Source: an uncultured Streptococcus sp.
GTDB taxonomy: Bacteria > Bacillota > Bacilli > Lactobacillales > Streptococcaceae
DNA length: 50,767 bases
Reading direction: 5' to 3'
NCBI GenBank assembly: GCA_963524795.1
Contig: CAURIB010000001.1
Coordinates: forward strand, 1-50,767
The position numbers were made by a program, and so were the translations under genes. The notes under the pieces were generated by a model, which ran no database searches, had not been told where the DNA came from, and saw nothing but the letters and a program-made list of their open reading frames with translations. Below, in pieces: positions 1 through 9,375 of this stretch. The stretch's first letter is position 1; each line of letters begins with the position of its first letter.

Positions 1-22
1 GTTTTTCGACTTTTTTAGCCAT
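1..22 (-). CDS. rplK: 50S ribosomal protein L11, 5' end only (runs off window)
   Basis: Minus strand reads ATG GCT AAA AAA GTC GAA AAA (MAKKVEK), the L11 N-terminus, preceded by an AAGGAGG SD. Confidence 0.85.
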
Positions 23-36
23 TTTTAAATCCTCCT

Positions 37-77
37 TTGTGGTTTTGGCGGTAATGTAAGATTTTTACCTCCCACAA
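37..77 (-). promoter_or_regulatory. L1-binding autoregulatory leader of rplK(-rplA)
   Basis: Minus strand UUGUGGGAGGUAA..UUACCGCCAAAACCACAA forms a stem with an internal loop resembling the 23S rRNA L1 site (GUGGGAG..CGCC..ACCAC). It lies directly upstream of the SD. Confidence 0.7.
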
Positions 78-100
78 GTATGCTTTTCGCATACCTTTCT

Positions 101-128
101 ATTATACACTATTCTATTCCAAATGCAA
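101..128 (-). promoter_or_regulatory. sigmaA promoter of rplK
   Basis: TTGCAT-16 nt-TATAAT on the minus strand. Confidence 0.65.
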
Positions 129-205
129 GAGAAAAATTTTATTTTTAGAGAAATTTTATTACTGACTTTGACTATCATTTCTTTCGTGAAAGAGTCCTGA
201 ACTAC

Positions 206-235
206 AAACAAAAAACCGCTCTGTTTTGAGCGATT
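206..235 (-). terminator. intrinsic terminator of the ribU operon
   Basis: AAUCGCUC-aaaaca-GAGCGGUU followed by a U-tract. Confidence 0.65.
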
Positions 236-238
236 ATT

Positions 239-406
239 GGAATACATAGCATTTAATTTTTCTACATTATAGGGGCTTCTGACTCCATCTACAAATTCAA
301 CCAAGTCCACATCCTGATACCACGTCAAAGCAACATCACGATGATCTGCTAAAAAATAAGGAACTAGACGTAGAGAATCATCTATCTGAATGATTTTTGT
401 CATCAT
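239..406 (-). pseudogene. truncated gene, probably the N-terminus of a GNAT acetyltransferase
   Basis: About 55 protein-like codons (TKIIQIDDSLRLVPY..WYQDVDLVEFVDG..PY..KLNAMYS) overlap the upstream gene end. The frame then reads straight through a terminator and the rplK promoter. The GNAT call is from recall of streptococcal homologs. Confidence 0.55.
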
Positions 407-797
407 TTTCTAATCCTAATACTAGCTCCGCTGCTTGATTAAAACCATCACACCAGTTATACCATTTTGCTTCATACTCATCTTGAGGTAAGATATGATT
501 TTTTAAGTCCAGAAGAGAGTAAATCTTTCTTTTCTCACAAGCTTGCGCATAGAGATGATATAGTTCATCACCACCATCTCTATCAAACTCAGCAGAAATT
601 GTATCCTGACCTAGCAACAAAGCCTGATAAGCCCTGTGATGCCCGTCTGTAATTAGTAAGTAATCTCCAAATGCAAGAACACTGATTGGATTTATATTAA
701 AAGTTTCTGCTGACTGATAAAGATTCTGGATAGCTTTTAACTTCTTCTCTGATAAGTAAAGTTGAGTTGGATGGAGATTTTTAATGTTGACTTTCAT
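378..797 (-). CDS. ParB/sulfiredoxin-fold protein
   Basis: LHPTQ near the N-terminus and a DGHHR motif. Stand-alone 139 aa with a GAGG SD. Confidence 0.7.
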   Translation of the reverse strand: MKVNIKNLHPTQLYLSEKKLKAIQNLYQSAETFNINPISVLAFGDYLLITDGHHRAYQALLLGQDTISAEFDRDGGDELYHLYAQACEKRKIYSLLDLKNHILPQDEYEAKWYNWCDGFNQAAELVLGLENDDKNHSDR

Positions 798-824
798 TTT
801 AACTTCCTCAAAAAAGTTTGATTC

Positions 825-1475
825 TCACTTCTGCTTCCCTGTAAATCGCCATTTAAAGCGAAGCTTATCATAAAAAGGAAATTCGATAAATAAGATTCCT
901 AGACCTAAGCACAAGCTAGCCAAAACATCTGATGGGTAGTGGACTCCTAGATAGACTCTTGAAACAAGGACACTAACGAGGTAAATTCCTAATAAACTCT
1001 GCAGAGGCAGTTTCAATCTTGTGCTTTTCACTCTCTGACCTAGGATAATAATCAAAGACCCGATGAGTAAGGTCACCGCCAGAGAATGCCCACTCGGGAA
1101 AGAAAAGCCCTTTTCCTCCACTAAATGTAAAATTTCTGGTCGGGGACGTTGATAGAGGTGTTTTAGAGACACAATTAAAATTCCAGCAAGACTAAGATTC
1201 CCAGCTACCAAGAGGCTTTCGCTCTTCCATTTTTTCAGATAAAAAATGGCAACTAAGATAATAGCCCAACTGATGACAACTGGTAAATCAATCAGCTGTG
1301 TGATTCCACGAAAAATCAAAGTCAAGGTCTCGGGTAAATCCCCTCGAATAGCTGTTTGAACTGATGAGTCCAATGTTTGCAGTTGATCTGGATAAAATTT
1401 AACGACATAACCCAGAATTACAAATAGTAAAAGGGCAAAAGAGCCCTTCATCATAAATGTTTGTTTATCTTTCAT
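825..1475 (-). CDS. PAP2-family membrane phosphatase
   Basis: KxxxxRPRP, SFPSGH and SRVYLGVHYPSD motifs. Confidence 0.92.
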   Translation of the reverse strand: MKDKQTFMMKGSFALLLFVILGYVVKFYPDQLQTLDSSVQTAIRGDLPETLTLIFRGITQLIDLPVVISWAIILVAIFYLKKWKSESLLVAGNLSLAGILIVSLKHLYQRPRPEILHLVEEKGFSFPSGHSLAVTLLIGSLIIILGQRVKSTRLKLPLQSLLGIYLVSVLVSRVYLGVHYPSDVLASLCLGLGILFIEFPFYDKLRFKWRFTGKQK

Positions 1476-2028
1476 AGTATTTTAAAGTTGGTTTCAAAAG
1501 GACAAACAACAACCAGAAAGAGACAGCAAAGATAATACCTTCAATCAGATTAAAAGGCAAAACCATAGTCATCAGGTAGTTGCTCAATCCTAAGATTTTC
1601 TCAATATCAAAGTTGGCAAACTTAGCGTATAAAGGAACAGCATAGACATAGTTCAGAACTAACATGGCCAAAGTTAGACCAAGTGTGCCAGCTACTGAAG
1701 CTAGAACAAAACGCATGGTTGTACGCTCTTTTTTCCAAATCAAACCAAAAGCAATCACAAATACTCCCAAAGCGATAATATTCATCGGTAGGCCGATATA
1801 AGTGCTAACTCCTTGATTGTTCAACAGTAATTTCAACAAGGAACGAAGGAGTATGACTCCTAAAGCTGCAGGCAAATCCATCACCACCAAGCCCACAAGG
1901 ACTGGTAAGATACTGAACTCAATCCTCAAGAAGGATGCCGCTGGCAAAAGCGGAAAGTCAAAGTACATCAACACAAATGAAAGTGCTGATAAAATTGCAA
2001 TGGTCGAAAGTCGACGTGTGTTTGTCAT
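1465..2028 (-). CDS. ribU: ECF transporter S component for riboflavin
   Basis: Hydrophobic S-component signature (FPLLPAASFLRIEFS, LPFNLIEG) downstream of an FMN riboswitch. Start set at ATG 2028 behind GGAGG. Confidence 0.9.
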   Translation of the reverse strand: MTNTRRLSTIAILSALSFVLMYFDFPLLPAASFLRIEFSILPVLVGLVVMDLPAALGVILLRSLLKLLLNNQGVSTYIGLPMNIIALGVFVIAFGLIWKKERTTMRFVLASVAGTLGLTLAMLVLNYVYAVPLYAKFANFDIEKILGLSNYLMTMVLPFNLIEGIIFAVSFWLLFVLLKPTLKYYER

Positions 2029-2190
2029 AACAGGTTCCTCCAATTTTCTATAAAATCAGAAGAAGTTGGAAAGGATTCCTCTATCTATCCTTTATTTTTA
2101 TATTCCAAAAGTTCCCCCTCACTCTTTTTTTAGCAAGCGGTTGCAATTTACCTATAAAAAATCAATTAGAATAGACAAAGCCATTCTTTC

Positions 2191-2400
2191 GTCTTCTCCC
2201 ATCCAGACTATACTGTCGGTTGTGGAATCTCACCACATCAGCTTGCGCTCGCGGACTTCTTTTACTAAGATATTTTGGATTAATCTAGGCGTCGCAGTCG
2301 AAGATGATACTTAAGTATATCGAGACAAGACAACGACGAGTAAGCCAAAATAGCTAGTAAAAGTCACCGCCGGTCGGGAATCTCACCCAGCCCTGAAGAC
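2191..2400 (-). ncRNA. FMN riboswitch (RFN element) with a large internal insertion
   Basis: GUCUUCAGGGCUGGGUGAGAUUCCCGACCGGCGGU...AGUCCGCGAGC..GAUGUGGUGAGAUUCCACAACCGACAGUAUAGUCUGGAUGGGAGAAGAC matches the RFN consensus. Confidence 0.95.
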
Positions 2401-2406
2401 CCTTTT

Positions 2407-2435
2407 ATGATAACAAAAAAAACTTGCGCTTGCAA
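2407..2435 (-). promoter_or_regulatory. sigmaA promoter of the ribU leader
   Basis: TTGCAA-17 nt-TATCAT with extended TG. Confidence 0.7.
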
Positions 2436-2459
2436 GCTTTTTGTCGGTTGTAACTATTT

Positions 2460-2963
2460 TTATTTCAACTTATCCGTTTCGTAGGTATGAATCAATTCCA
2501 AACCAGCAAAGTTTTGCTGTCTGAGTGCCTCATAAACAATCATACAAACGGTATTGGAAACATTGAGACTACGAACATGCTCATCATTCATGGGAATGCG
2601 GAGAGCTTTTTCTGGATGTTCACGCATAAATTCCTCAGGCAAGCCCTTATCTTCCCTCCCAAAGAGAAAGTAGTGATCCCCTTCTGTCGTAAAGTCTGCA
2701 TCTGAATAGACCTTTTCTGCAAACTTAGAAATCAAGTAGACCTGGCCATCCATTTTTTCCATAAATTCATCTAAACTATCATAGAAATAAATCTCAAGTT
2801 TGTCCCAATAATCCAAACCAGCTCTCTTCATCTTACGGTCATCAATCGGAAAGCCCATTGGTTTGATAATATGAAGGGGCGCATTTGTTGCTGCGCAGGT
2901 ACGCGCAATATTGCCTGTGTTTTGTGGTATCTGGGGTTCAAATAATACAATGTGATTTGTCAT
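2460..2963 (-). CDS. trmL: tRNA (cytidine34-2'-O)-methyltransferase, SPOUT family
   Basis: [30 protein letters not shown] and RSLNVSN motifs. Start set at MTNHIV. Confidence 0.92.
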   Translation of the reverse strand: MTNHIVLFEPQIPQNTGNIARTCAATNAPLHIIKPMGFPIDDRKMKRAGLDYWDKLEIYFYDSLDEFMEKMDGQVYLISKFAEKVYSDADFTTEGDHYFLFGREDKGLPEEFMREHPEKALRIPMNDEHVRSLNVSNTVCMIVYEALRQQNFAGLELIHTYETDKLK

Positions 2964-2986
2964 GCCTTGTTTCCTCTCACTAATGC

Positions 2987-3088
2987 AAAAAAATAGCCAC
3001 ACTGCCCGGAGTCAAGCTCAGCAAACAGTGTGGTTAAGGCATCGTTAACTTACCTCACAACAGGTTTGAAGTAAATCAGCGAAACTAC
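2987..3088 (-). ncRNA. structured RNA upstream of trmL, probably the 23S-methyl motif / Spd-sr37-type RNA
   Basis: It has its own promoter. About 100 nt ending in the CCACACUGUUUG..CGGGCAGUGUGG hairpin plus U-tract. The position upstream of a SpoU methylase fits the Lactobacillales 23S-methyl motif (from recall). Confidence 0.65.
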
Positions 3089-3094
3089 TTTTTT

Positions 3095-3122
3095 AGTATA
3101 TCACTTTCAGCTTGATTGTCAA
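3095..3122 (-). promoter_or_regulatory. sigmaA promoter of the ncRNA/trmL
   Basis: TTGACA-16 nt-TATACT with extended TG. Confidence 0.8.
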
Positions 3123-3391
3123 TAGAAATGACTTGATTTTTTTCATTTTTTTTACAAGCATATTTACAAAAGATAGAAATGCATCAGTCAGACTAAAAAA
3201 ACACAGAAAAACAGTATGAAAATTGTATAATTTTAGACATCTATTCAGTTGCGGGCAAAAAGTTTTTATCAAGTAAAACAAATAAAACGACAAACTTTTC
3301 CTTTTAGTAGGGAAATTGGTCGGTTGCCGAGTGCATTTTTTTCTAAAAAAGAGTATGATAGAGACATCTTGAAAAAGTAGGTTATTTAAAA

Positions 3392-4741
3392 ATGAAGATT
3401 ATTCTTGTCGGAGGGGGAAAAGTTGGATCTGCCCTCTGTCGTTCGCTTGTCGCTGACAATCATGATGTTGTCCTCATAGAACAAAATGAAACTGTTCTTA
3501 ACTACATGACAAGCCGTTTTGATATTATGGGAATTGCAGGTAATGGAGCTGATTTTGCTATACTAGAAGCAGCTAATGTCCAAGATTGTGATATTTTTAT
3601 TGCTATGACTCAGTATGATGAAGTCAACATGGTTTCAGCTCTTCTGGCTAAAAAAATGGGGGCTAAAGAAACTATTGTTCGTGTCCGCAATCCTGAATAT
3701 TCCAACCCCTATTTCAAAGAAAAAAATATTCTAGGTTTCTCTCTGATTGTCAATCCTGAACTCCTTGCAGCTCGTGCTATCGCTAATATTATCGATTTCC
3801 CAAATGCTCTATCTGTTGAGCGTTTTGCAGGTGGTTTGGTTAGTTTGATGGAATTTGTTGTCCGTAAGGATAGCAATATCTGTCAGATGTCTATTGCAGA
3901 CTTCCGGAAGAAGTTTGGCAATGTGATTGTCTGTGCTATTGAGAGAGATCATAAGCTCATGATTCCAAGTGGAGATATGGTCCTCCAAGACAAGGATCGG
4001 ATCTTTGTTACAGGTGATCGGGTTGACATGATGCTCTTTCATAACTATGTCAAATCTCGTGTTGTTAAAAGCTTACTCATTGTCGGTGCTGGAAAAATCG
4101 CTTACTATCTCGTTGGCATTTTAAAGGATAGCCGTATTGATACCAAGGTCATTGAGCTCAATCCAGATCGCGCAGCATTTTTCAGCCAAAAATATCCCAA
4201 ACTCTATATTGTCCAAGGGGACGGAACGGCAAAAGATATTCTCCTAGAAGAAAGTGCCCAACATTACGATGCTGTCGCAACTCTTACTGGCGTTGATGAA
4301 GAAAATATCATTACTTCTATGTTCTTAGATAGTGTAGGTGTTCAGAAAAATATCACTAAGGTCAATCGAACCAGTCTCCTAGAGATTATTCATGCTCCTG
4401 AGTTTTCTAGTATCATCACACCAAAAACAATCGCTGTCGATACCATTATGCACTTTATCCATGGTCGTGCTAATGCCCAATATTCAGACCTTCAAGCTAT
4501 GCACCACCTTGCAAATGGACAGGTTGAGACACTTCAATTCCTCATCAAGGAAGCCAATAAAATGACTGGCAAACCTTTGTCTCAATTGAAATTCAAAAAA
4601 GATTTGTTGATCGCTGCTATTATTCGTAATGGGAAAACCATCTTCCCAACTGGTGAAGATAGCCTTCAAGTCGGTGATAAGTTAGTTGTCATCACACTAC
4701 TATCAAACATCACCAAGATCTATGATCTGTTAGAGAGGTAA
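3392..4741 (+). CDS. trkA: Trk potassium uptake NAD-binding subunit
   Basis: Two RCK_N GxGxxG motifs (GGGKVG, GAGKIA), 449 aa, adjacent to trkH. Confidence 0.93.
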   Translation: MKIILVGGGKVGSALCRSLVADNHDVVLIEQNETVLNYMTSRFDIMGIAGNGADFAILEAANVQDCDIFIAMTQYDEVNMVSALLAKKMGAKETIVRVRNPEYSNPYFKEKNILGFSLIVNPELLAARAIANIIDFPNALSVERFAGGLVSLMEFVVRKDSNICQMSIADFRKKFGNVIVCAIERDHKLMIPSGDMVLQDKDRIFVTGDRVDMMLFHNYVKSRVVKSLLIVGAGKIAYYLVGILKDSRIDTKVIELNPDRAAFFSQKYPKLYIVQGDGTAKDILLEESAQHYDAVATLTGVDEENIITSMFLDSVGVQKNITKVNRTSLLEIIHAPEFSSIITPKTIAVDTIMHFIHGRANAQYSDLQAMHHLANGQVETLQFLIKEANKMTGKPLSQLKFKKDLLIAAIIRNGKTIFPTGEDSLQVGDKLVVITLLSNITKIYDLLER

Positions 4742-4744
4742 GCT

Positions 4745-6184
4745 ATGAATAGAAGTATGGTACGATTTCTTCTTGCAAAGCTACTCTTGATCGAGGCTGG
4801 TCTACTCTTAGTTCCAGTTAGCATTGCTCTTTATTATCGAGAATCGAGTCAAGTTTTTACAGCTCTTTTCTCTACCATCGGAATCCTTGTTGTTCTAGGT
4901 CTTCTGGGAATTATCAGTAAGCCTAAAAAACAGCGAATCTATGCAAAAGAAGGGGTCTTAATTGTAGCTCTCTGTTGGATTCTCTGGTCATTCTTTGGTG
5001 CCCTTCCATTTGTCTTTTCAGGGCAAATCCCCAATATGATAGACGCCTTCTTTGAGATTAGTTCTGGCTTCACAACAACGGGAGCAACCATTTTAAATGA
5101 TGTTTCTGTCTTAAGCCGTTCCCTTCTATTTTGGAGGAGTTTTACTCACCTTATTGGAGGGATGGGGGTGCTGGTTTTTGCCCTAGCTATCATGGACAAT
5201 GCTAAAAATAGTCACCTAGAAGTTATGAAGGCTGAGGTTCCAGGACCAGTATTTGGCAAGGTTGTATCTAAGCTAAAAAATACAGCTCAAATCCTTTATA
5301 TCCTCTACCTGGCTATGTTCGCCCTCTTTGTTGTTATTTATTACCTTGCTGGGATGCCACTCTACGATAGTTTTGTCATCGCTATGGGTACTGCTGGTAC
5401 AGGTGGCTTTACTGTTTATAATGATGGAATTGCCCACTATCACAGTTCTCTCATTACCTATTTGACAAGTATCGGGGTTTTGATGTTTGGTGTCAATTTC
5501 AACCTCTACTACTACCTCATGCTCCGTCGTATCAAGGAATTCTTTTTTGATGAAGAACTCCGAGCCTATCTCTTGATTGTAGCCATATCAACTGGCTTAA
5601 TCACGCTTAACACACTCCACCTCTACAGCGGAGTTTCACAAAGCTTTGAGATGGCCTTCTTCCAAGTATCTAACATCATTACCACTACCGGTTTTGGATA
5701 TGGGGATATCACGAACTGGCCTTTGTTTTCTCAATACATCTTGCTAATGCTGATGGCAATTGGTGGTTCTGCCGGCTCCACTGCAGGTGGTCTCAAGGTT
5801 ATTCGCGGAGTCATCCTATCTAAAATTGCTAAAAATCAAGTCTTGTCTACCATATCACCTCACCGTGTGTTAACCCTTCAGGTTAATCAAACGGTTATTG
5901 ATAAGGATACTCAGCACAAGATCCTGAAGTACTTTGTGGTTTATATCATGATTCTACTCAGTTTGATTTTCATCGTCAGTTTAGATACCAATAATTTAAT
6001 GGTTGTCACGAGTGCTGTTTTTAGTTGTTTTAATAACATCGGGCCTATTTTGGGTACTACAGCTAGCTTCTCTATCTTTAGTCCATTTTCAAAAATTCTG
6101 CTATCATTTGCCATGATTGCAGGACGTCTTGAAATCTATCCAATCATACTGCTCTTTATGAAACGCACTTGGTCTAAACGATAG
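4745..6184 (+). CDS. trkH: Trk potassium uptake membrane subunit
   Basis: Selectivity-filter motifs SGFTTTGA, GTGGF, TTTGF and NNIGP, plus GRLEI. Confidence 0.93.
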   Translation: MNRSMVRFLLAKLLLIEAGLLLVPVSIALYYRESSQVFTALFSTIGILVVLGLLGIISKPKKQRIYAKEGVLIVALCWILWSFFGALPFVFSGQIPNMIDAFFEISSGFTTTGATILNDVSVLSRSLLFWRSFTHLIGGMGVLVFALAIMDNAKNSHLEVMKAEVPGPVFGKVVSKLKNTAQILYILYLAMFALFVVIYYLAGMPLYDSFVIAMGTAGTGGFTVYNDGIAHYHSSLITYLTSIGVLMFGVNFNLYYYLMLRRIKEFFFDEELRAYLLIVAISTGLITLNTLHLYSGVSQSFEMAFFQVSNIITTTGFGYGDITNWPLFSQYILLMLMAIGGSAGSTAGGLKVIRGVILSKIAKNQVLSTISPHRVLTLQVNQTVIDKDTQHKILKYFVVYIMILLSLIFIVSLDTNNLMVVTSAVFSCFNNIGPILGTTASFSIFSPFSKILLSFAMIAGRLEIYPIILLFMKRTWSKR

Positions 6185-6203
6185 AAGTTCAACATCAGAT
6201 GTC

Positions 6204-6238
6204 ATCCTCCTTCAAAAATACTTGAAGGGGGATTTTTT
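6204..6238 (+). terminator. intrinsic terminator of trkAH
   Basis: ATCCTCCTTCAA-aaatac-TTGAAGGGGGAT followed by a T-run. Confidence 0.8.
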
Positions 6239-6342
6239 CGTTTTAAAAGACAAGTCAGCCTTAAAATCTGACAATTGGGGAAATGTATCACATTGCCTTC
6301 TATCTTTGAGCTATAATGAGAAAAAAATATAGGGGATACTTT

Positions 6343-6975
6343 ATGGAAAAAGTCACAAAATCAATTCGACTACTCTTATGCTTTGCCTTAATCCAACTTG
6401 GACTTTGTAGTTGCATCTTTTGGTCTGGAACTTCTCTGGCCCTCAAACAATCCTGCTTTTATTTTTTACTGGCCTTATTTGCCTTATCAGGAACTTGTGC
6501 CTTTATACATTATTTATCTAGTCACAACCAAGAAACAAATAGCATTCTTGATCGCAATCGCTTTATCTTTTTATTGTATAGCATGATGGTTATTGTCAAT
6601 CTTTGCGGGGTTGGACTTGTTCTGTCAGAAAGTATCGTCACAGTTAACTTACTTCAAAAAGAAGCCGTAGACCTCATACTGCCTTCCTTCTTTTTTCTAT
6701 TTGGAGTCGACCTCGTCACCTTTCTCCCTTTGAAAAAATGGAGAAGATTACAAAGAAATTCCAGCAGCAAGGAAGTACGTTTTTCCATTCTAGTTATTTC
6801 CATTCTAATCTTCCTACGTAATCCAATCACCATTTTGTCCATCGCTTTTTACATCGGTCTTGGGGCTCTCTTTCTCAGTTTTTTATTTCCCAAGAATCTG
6901 AGACAGGATGTATCATTTTACGGCCATTTGATTCGGGACATTCTATTTGTTATTTGTACCCTTTTGTTATGGTAG
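6343..6975 (+). CDS. hypothetical multi-pass membrane protein
   Basis: About seven hydrophobic segments. Start moved to ATG 6343 (SD AGGGG), since a TATAAT overlaps the ATG at 6316. Confidence 0.7.
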   Translation: MEKVTKSIRLLLCFALIQLGLCSCIFWSGTSLALKQSCFYFLLALFALSGTCAFIHYLSSHNQETNSILDRNRFIFLLYSMMVIVNLCGVGLVLSESIVTVNLLQKEAVDLILPSFFFLFGVDLVTFLPLKKWRRLQRNSSSKEVRFSILVISILIFLRNPITILSIAFYIGLGALFLSFLFPKNLRQDVSFYGHLIRDILFVICTLLLW

Positions 6976-7035
6976 CTGATAGAATCCATCCAGTAATTGT
7001 GTTATAATTAGATAAAAATTTTAGGAGATATATCA

Positions 7036-7728
7036 ATGAACTTTTTTAAAGATTTTCGTAAACGACTCGCTTGGTTTGGGATCTTGTTAGTAGCCATCGT
7101 TCTCTCTCAAATTCCTATGATTACTTTAGGTTTACTTCAAGGGACCCAAATTGCACCTATCTGGTCATCACTTATCGTAGCCCTTATTTCGATTCTTGTC
7201 ATCACCATCTTTTTATACGGTGCCCACAAGAGCAAGTTACTAGTATTGAAATCTAAACTCTTAACGATTAGTGATGTTCCTCGTATTGTTTTGAGTTATT
7301 TGACTATCTTTGTCGGTAATCTTGTGGGAGGTATCTGGTTACAACTCATTAATCAAACGACCACTTCCAACCAACAAATTATTAATAACCTTGTTTCTGA
7401 AAGCACTCTGATTGGTAGTTTCTTCCTCCTTGTTTTAATCGCACCTATTTGTGAGGAAATCATCTGTCGCGGAATTATTCCGACCAAACTCTTCCAAGGC
7501 TATGAAAAACTTGGCTATGTTATTGGTTGGTTCCTATTCCTTCTTGCGCACGGTCCTTCAAATCCGCCTTCTTTTTTGATTTATGGTTGGATGTCTGCGG
7601 TTCTCACTTGGACTGCTTTTCGTACACGACGTCTAGAGTTATCCATCTTAGTTCATATGGTACTCAATAGCATCAGTTTCATCTTGCTTGCTCTCGTAAC
7701 CATTCTTCTCAAAAATGTTGGTATCTAA
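7036..7728 (+). CDS. CPBP/Abi (CAAX) intramembrane metalloprotease
   Basis: EEIICRG, FxxAH and HMVLN motifs. AGGAG SD and extended -10 TGTTATAAT at 7000-7008. Confidence 0.88.
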   Translation: MNFFKDFRKRLAWFGILLVAIVLSQIPMITLGLLQGTQIAPIWSSLIVALISILVITIFLYGAHKSKLLVLKSKLLTISDVPRIVLSYLTIFVGNLVGGIWLQLINQTTTSNQQIINNLVSESTLIGSFFLLVLIAPICEEIICRGIIPTKLFQGYEKLGYVIGWFLFLLAHGPSNPPSFLIYGWMSAVLTWTAFRTRRLELSILVHMVLNSISFILLALVTILLKNVGI

Positions 7729-7745
7729 ACAGAACTAATATCCAA

Positions 7746-7786
7746 TTCCCTTTGATTTTTTGCATAATAATCAAAGGGATTTTTTG
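7746..7786 (+). terminator. intrinsic terminator
   Basis: TCCCTTTGATT..AATCAAAGGGA followed by a T-run. Confidence 0.75.
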
Positions 7787-7865
7787 TTTCTATTTTCCTC
7801 TAGGTTACAAAATTTGCCTCTATCCAGTTTCTCTAAAAAATTTTTAAAAAAATTTAAAAATATTT

Positions 7866-7936
7866 TTATGCATTAAATTTATAGAATATAAAAATAAGTT
7901 AAATTAACATGTATATTTGTGAATAATCTTATAAAT
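7866..7936. promoter_or_regulatory. possible ARG boxes upstream of arcA
   Basis: TGCATTAAATTTATA and TGAATAATCTTATA resemble TGNATWWWWATNCA, but the region is very AT-rich. Confidence 0.35.
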
Positions 7937-7996
7937 AAAATGTAAAAAATCCCTTAAAATAGGCTTTTCTAGGACTTTTAAGCTTTATCTTTTTCC

Positions 7997-8025
7997 TTGT
8001 AAAGCATATTAAATTGTGTTAACAT
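7997..8025 (+). promoter_or_regulatory. arc operon promoter
   Basis: TTGTAA-17 nt-TAACAT with extended TG. Confidence 0.65.
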
Positions 8026-8030
8026 TAAAA

Positions 8031-8044
8031 TGTAAGCGATACCA
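8031..8044. promoter_or_regulatory. CcpA cre site
   Basis: TGTAAGCGATACCA matches TGNAANCGNWNNCW and lies at the predicted start site. arc operons are known to be catabolite-repressed. Confidence 0.8.
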
Positions 8045-8082
8045 AAACAGTTTGGTACACACAAGAAAAAAGGAGGATTCAC

Positions 8083-9312
8083 ATGTCTTCACATCCAATT
8101 CATGTTTTCTCAGAAATTGGGAAACTGAAAAAAGTTATGTTGCACCGTCCAGGCAGGGAGTTGGAAAACTTGTTGCCGGACTATCTTGAAAGGCTTCTTT
8201 TTGATGATATTCCTTTCTTGGAAGATGCTCAAAAAGAACATGATGCATTTGCTCAAGCTCTTCGTGATGAAGGAATCGAAGTTCTATATCTAGAGCAGCT
8301 GGCTGCTGAATCATTGACTTCCCCAGAAATCCGCGATCAATTTATCGAGGAATACTTAGACGAAGCCAACATCCGTGGTCGTCAAACCAAGGCTGCTATT
8401 CGTGAATTGCTTCAAGGCATTACAGACAACCAAGAATTGGTTGAAAAAACGATGGCTGGTGTTCAAAAAGCTGAATTACCTGAAATTCCTGAAGAAGCAA
8501 AAGGTTTAACTGACTTGGTTGAGTCAGACTATCCATTTGCTATCGACCCAATGCCAAACCTCTACTTCACTCGCGACCCATTTGCTACAATCGGTAATGC
8601 CGTATCGCTCAACCACATGTATGCAGATACTCGTAACCGTGAAACTCTTTATGGTAAATACATTTTCAAACACCATCCAATCTATGGTGGAAAAGTTGAA
8701 TTGGTTTACAACCGTGAAGAAGATACACGTATCGAAGGTGGGGATGAGTTAGTTCTTTCTAAAGACGTTCTTGCAGTAGGTATTTCTCAACGTACAGATG
8801 CAGCTTCTATTGAAAAACTCTTGGTTAACATCTTCAAGAAAAATGTTGGCTTCAAGAAAGTTATAGCATTCGAATTTGCTAACAACCGTAAATTCATGCA
8901 CTTAGATACTGTATTCACCATGGTAGACTATGATAAGTTCACTATTCACCCTGAAATCGAAGGTGACCTTCATGTTTACTCTGTTACTTATGAAGATGAA
9001 AAACTCAAGATTGTTGAAGAAAAAGGTGATTTGGCTGAACTTCTTGCTCAAAACCTTGGCATAGAAAAAGTTCATTTGATTCGTTGTGGTGGCGGCAATA
9101 TCGTAGCAGCTGCTCGTGAACAATGGAATGACGGATCTAACACTTTGACCATCGCACCTGGTGTGGTAGTTGTTTATGCCCGCAATACCGTGACCAATAA
9201 GATTTTGGAAGAATACGGGCTTCGCTTGATTAAGATTCGCGGAAGTGAATTGGTTCGGGGCCGTGGTGGACCTCGTTGTATGTCTATGCCATTTGAACGC
9301 GAAGACATTTAA
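8083..9312 (+). CDS. arcA: arginine deiminase
   Basis: SEIGKL, FTRD, EGGD, MHLDT and GGPRCMSMP motifs. Confidence 0.97.
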   Translation: MSSHPIHVFSEIGKLKKVMLHRPGRELENLLPDYLERLLFDDIPFLEDAQKEHDAFAQALRDEGIEVLYLEQLAAESLTSPEIRDQFIEEYLDEANIRGRQTKAAIRELLQGITDNQELVEKTMAGVQKAELPEIPEEAKGLTDLVESDYPFAIDPMPNLYFTRDPFATIGNAVSLNHMYADTRNRETLYGKYIFKHHPIYGGKVELVYNREEDTRIEGGDELVLSKDVLAVGISQRTDAASIEKLLVNIFKKNVGFKKVIAFEFANNRKFMHLDTVFTMVDYDKFTIHPEIEGDLHVYSVTYEDEKLKIVEEKGDLAELLAQNLGIEKVHLIRCGGGNIVAAAREQWNDGSNTLTIAPGVVVVYARNTVTNKILEEYGLRLIKIRGSELVRGRGGPRCMSMPFEREDI

Positions 9313-9375
9313 GCCCTCCCTCTCTGTTTAGCACCTGCTAACAGAATTAAAGCTTGTTAGAAAAGGATTTATAGA

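Noticed and set aside
65..238. C-terminal half of the 113-aa ORF as real coding sequence
   Set aside because: It reads through a terminator, the rplK promoter and the rplK leader.
2066..2314. 82-aa plus-strand ORF
   Set aside because: Antisense to the FMN riboswitch and ribU leader.
3093..3293. 66-aa ORF in the trmL-trkA intergenic region
   Set aside because: AT-rich low-complexity frame with no SD, overlapping a promoter.
6262..6276. CodY box
   Set aside because: About five mismatches to AATTTTCWGAAAATT in AT-rich DNA.
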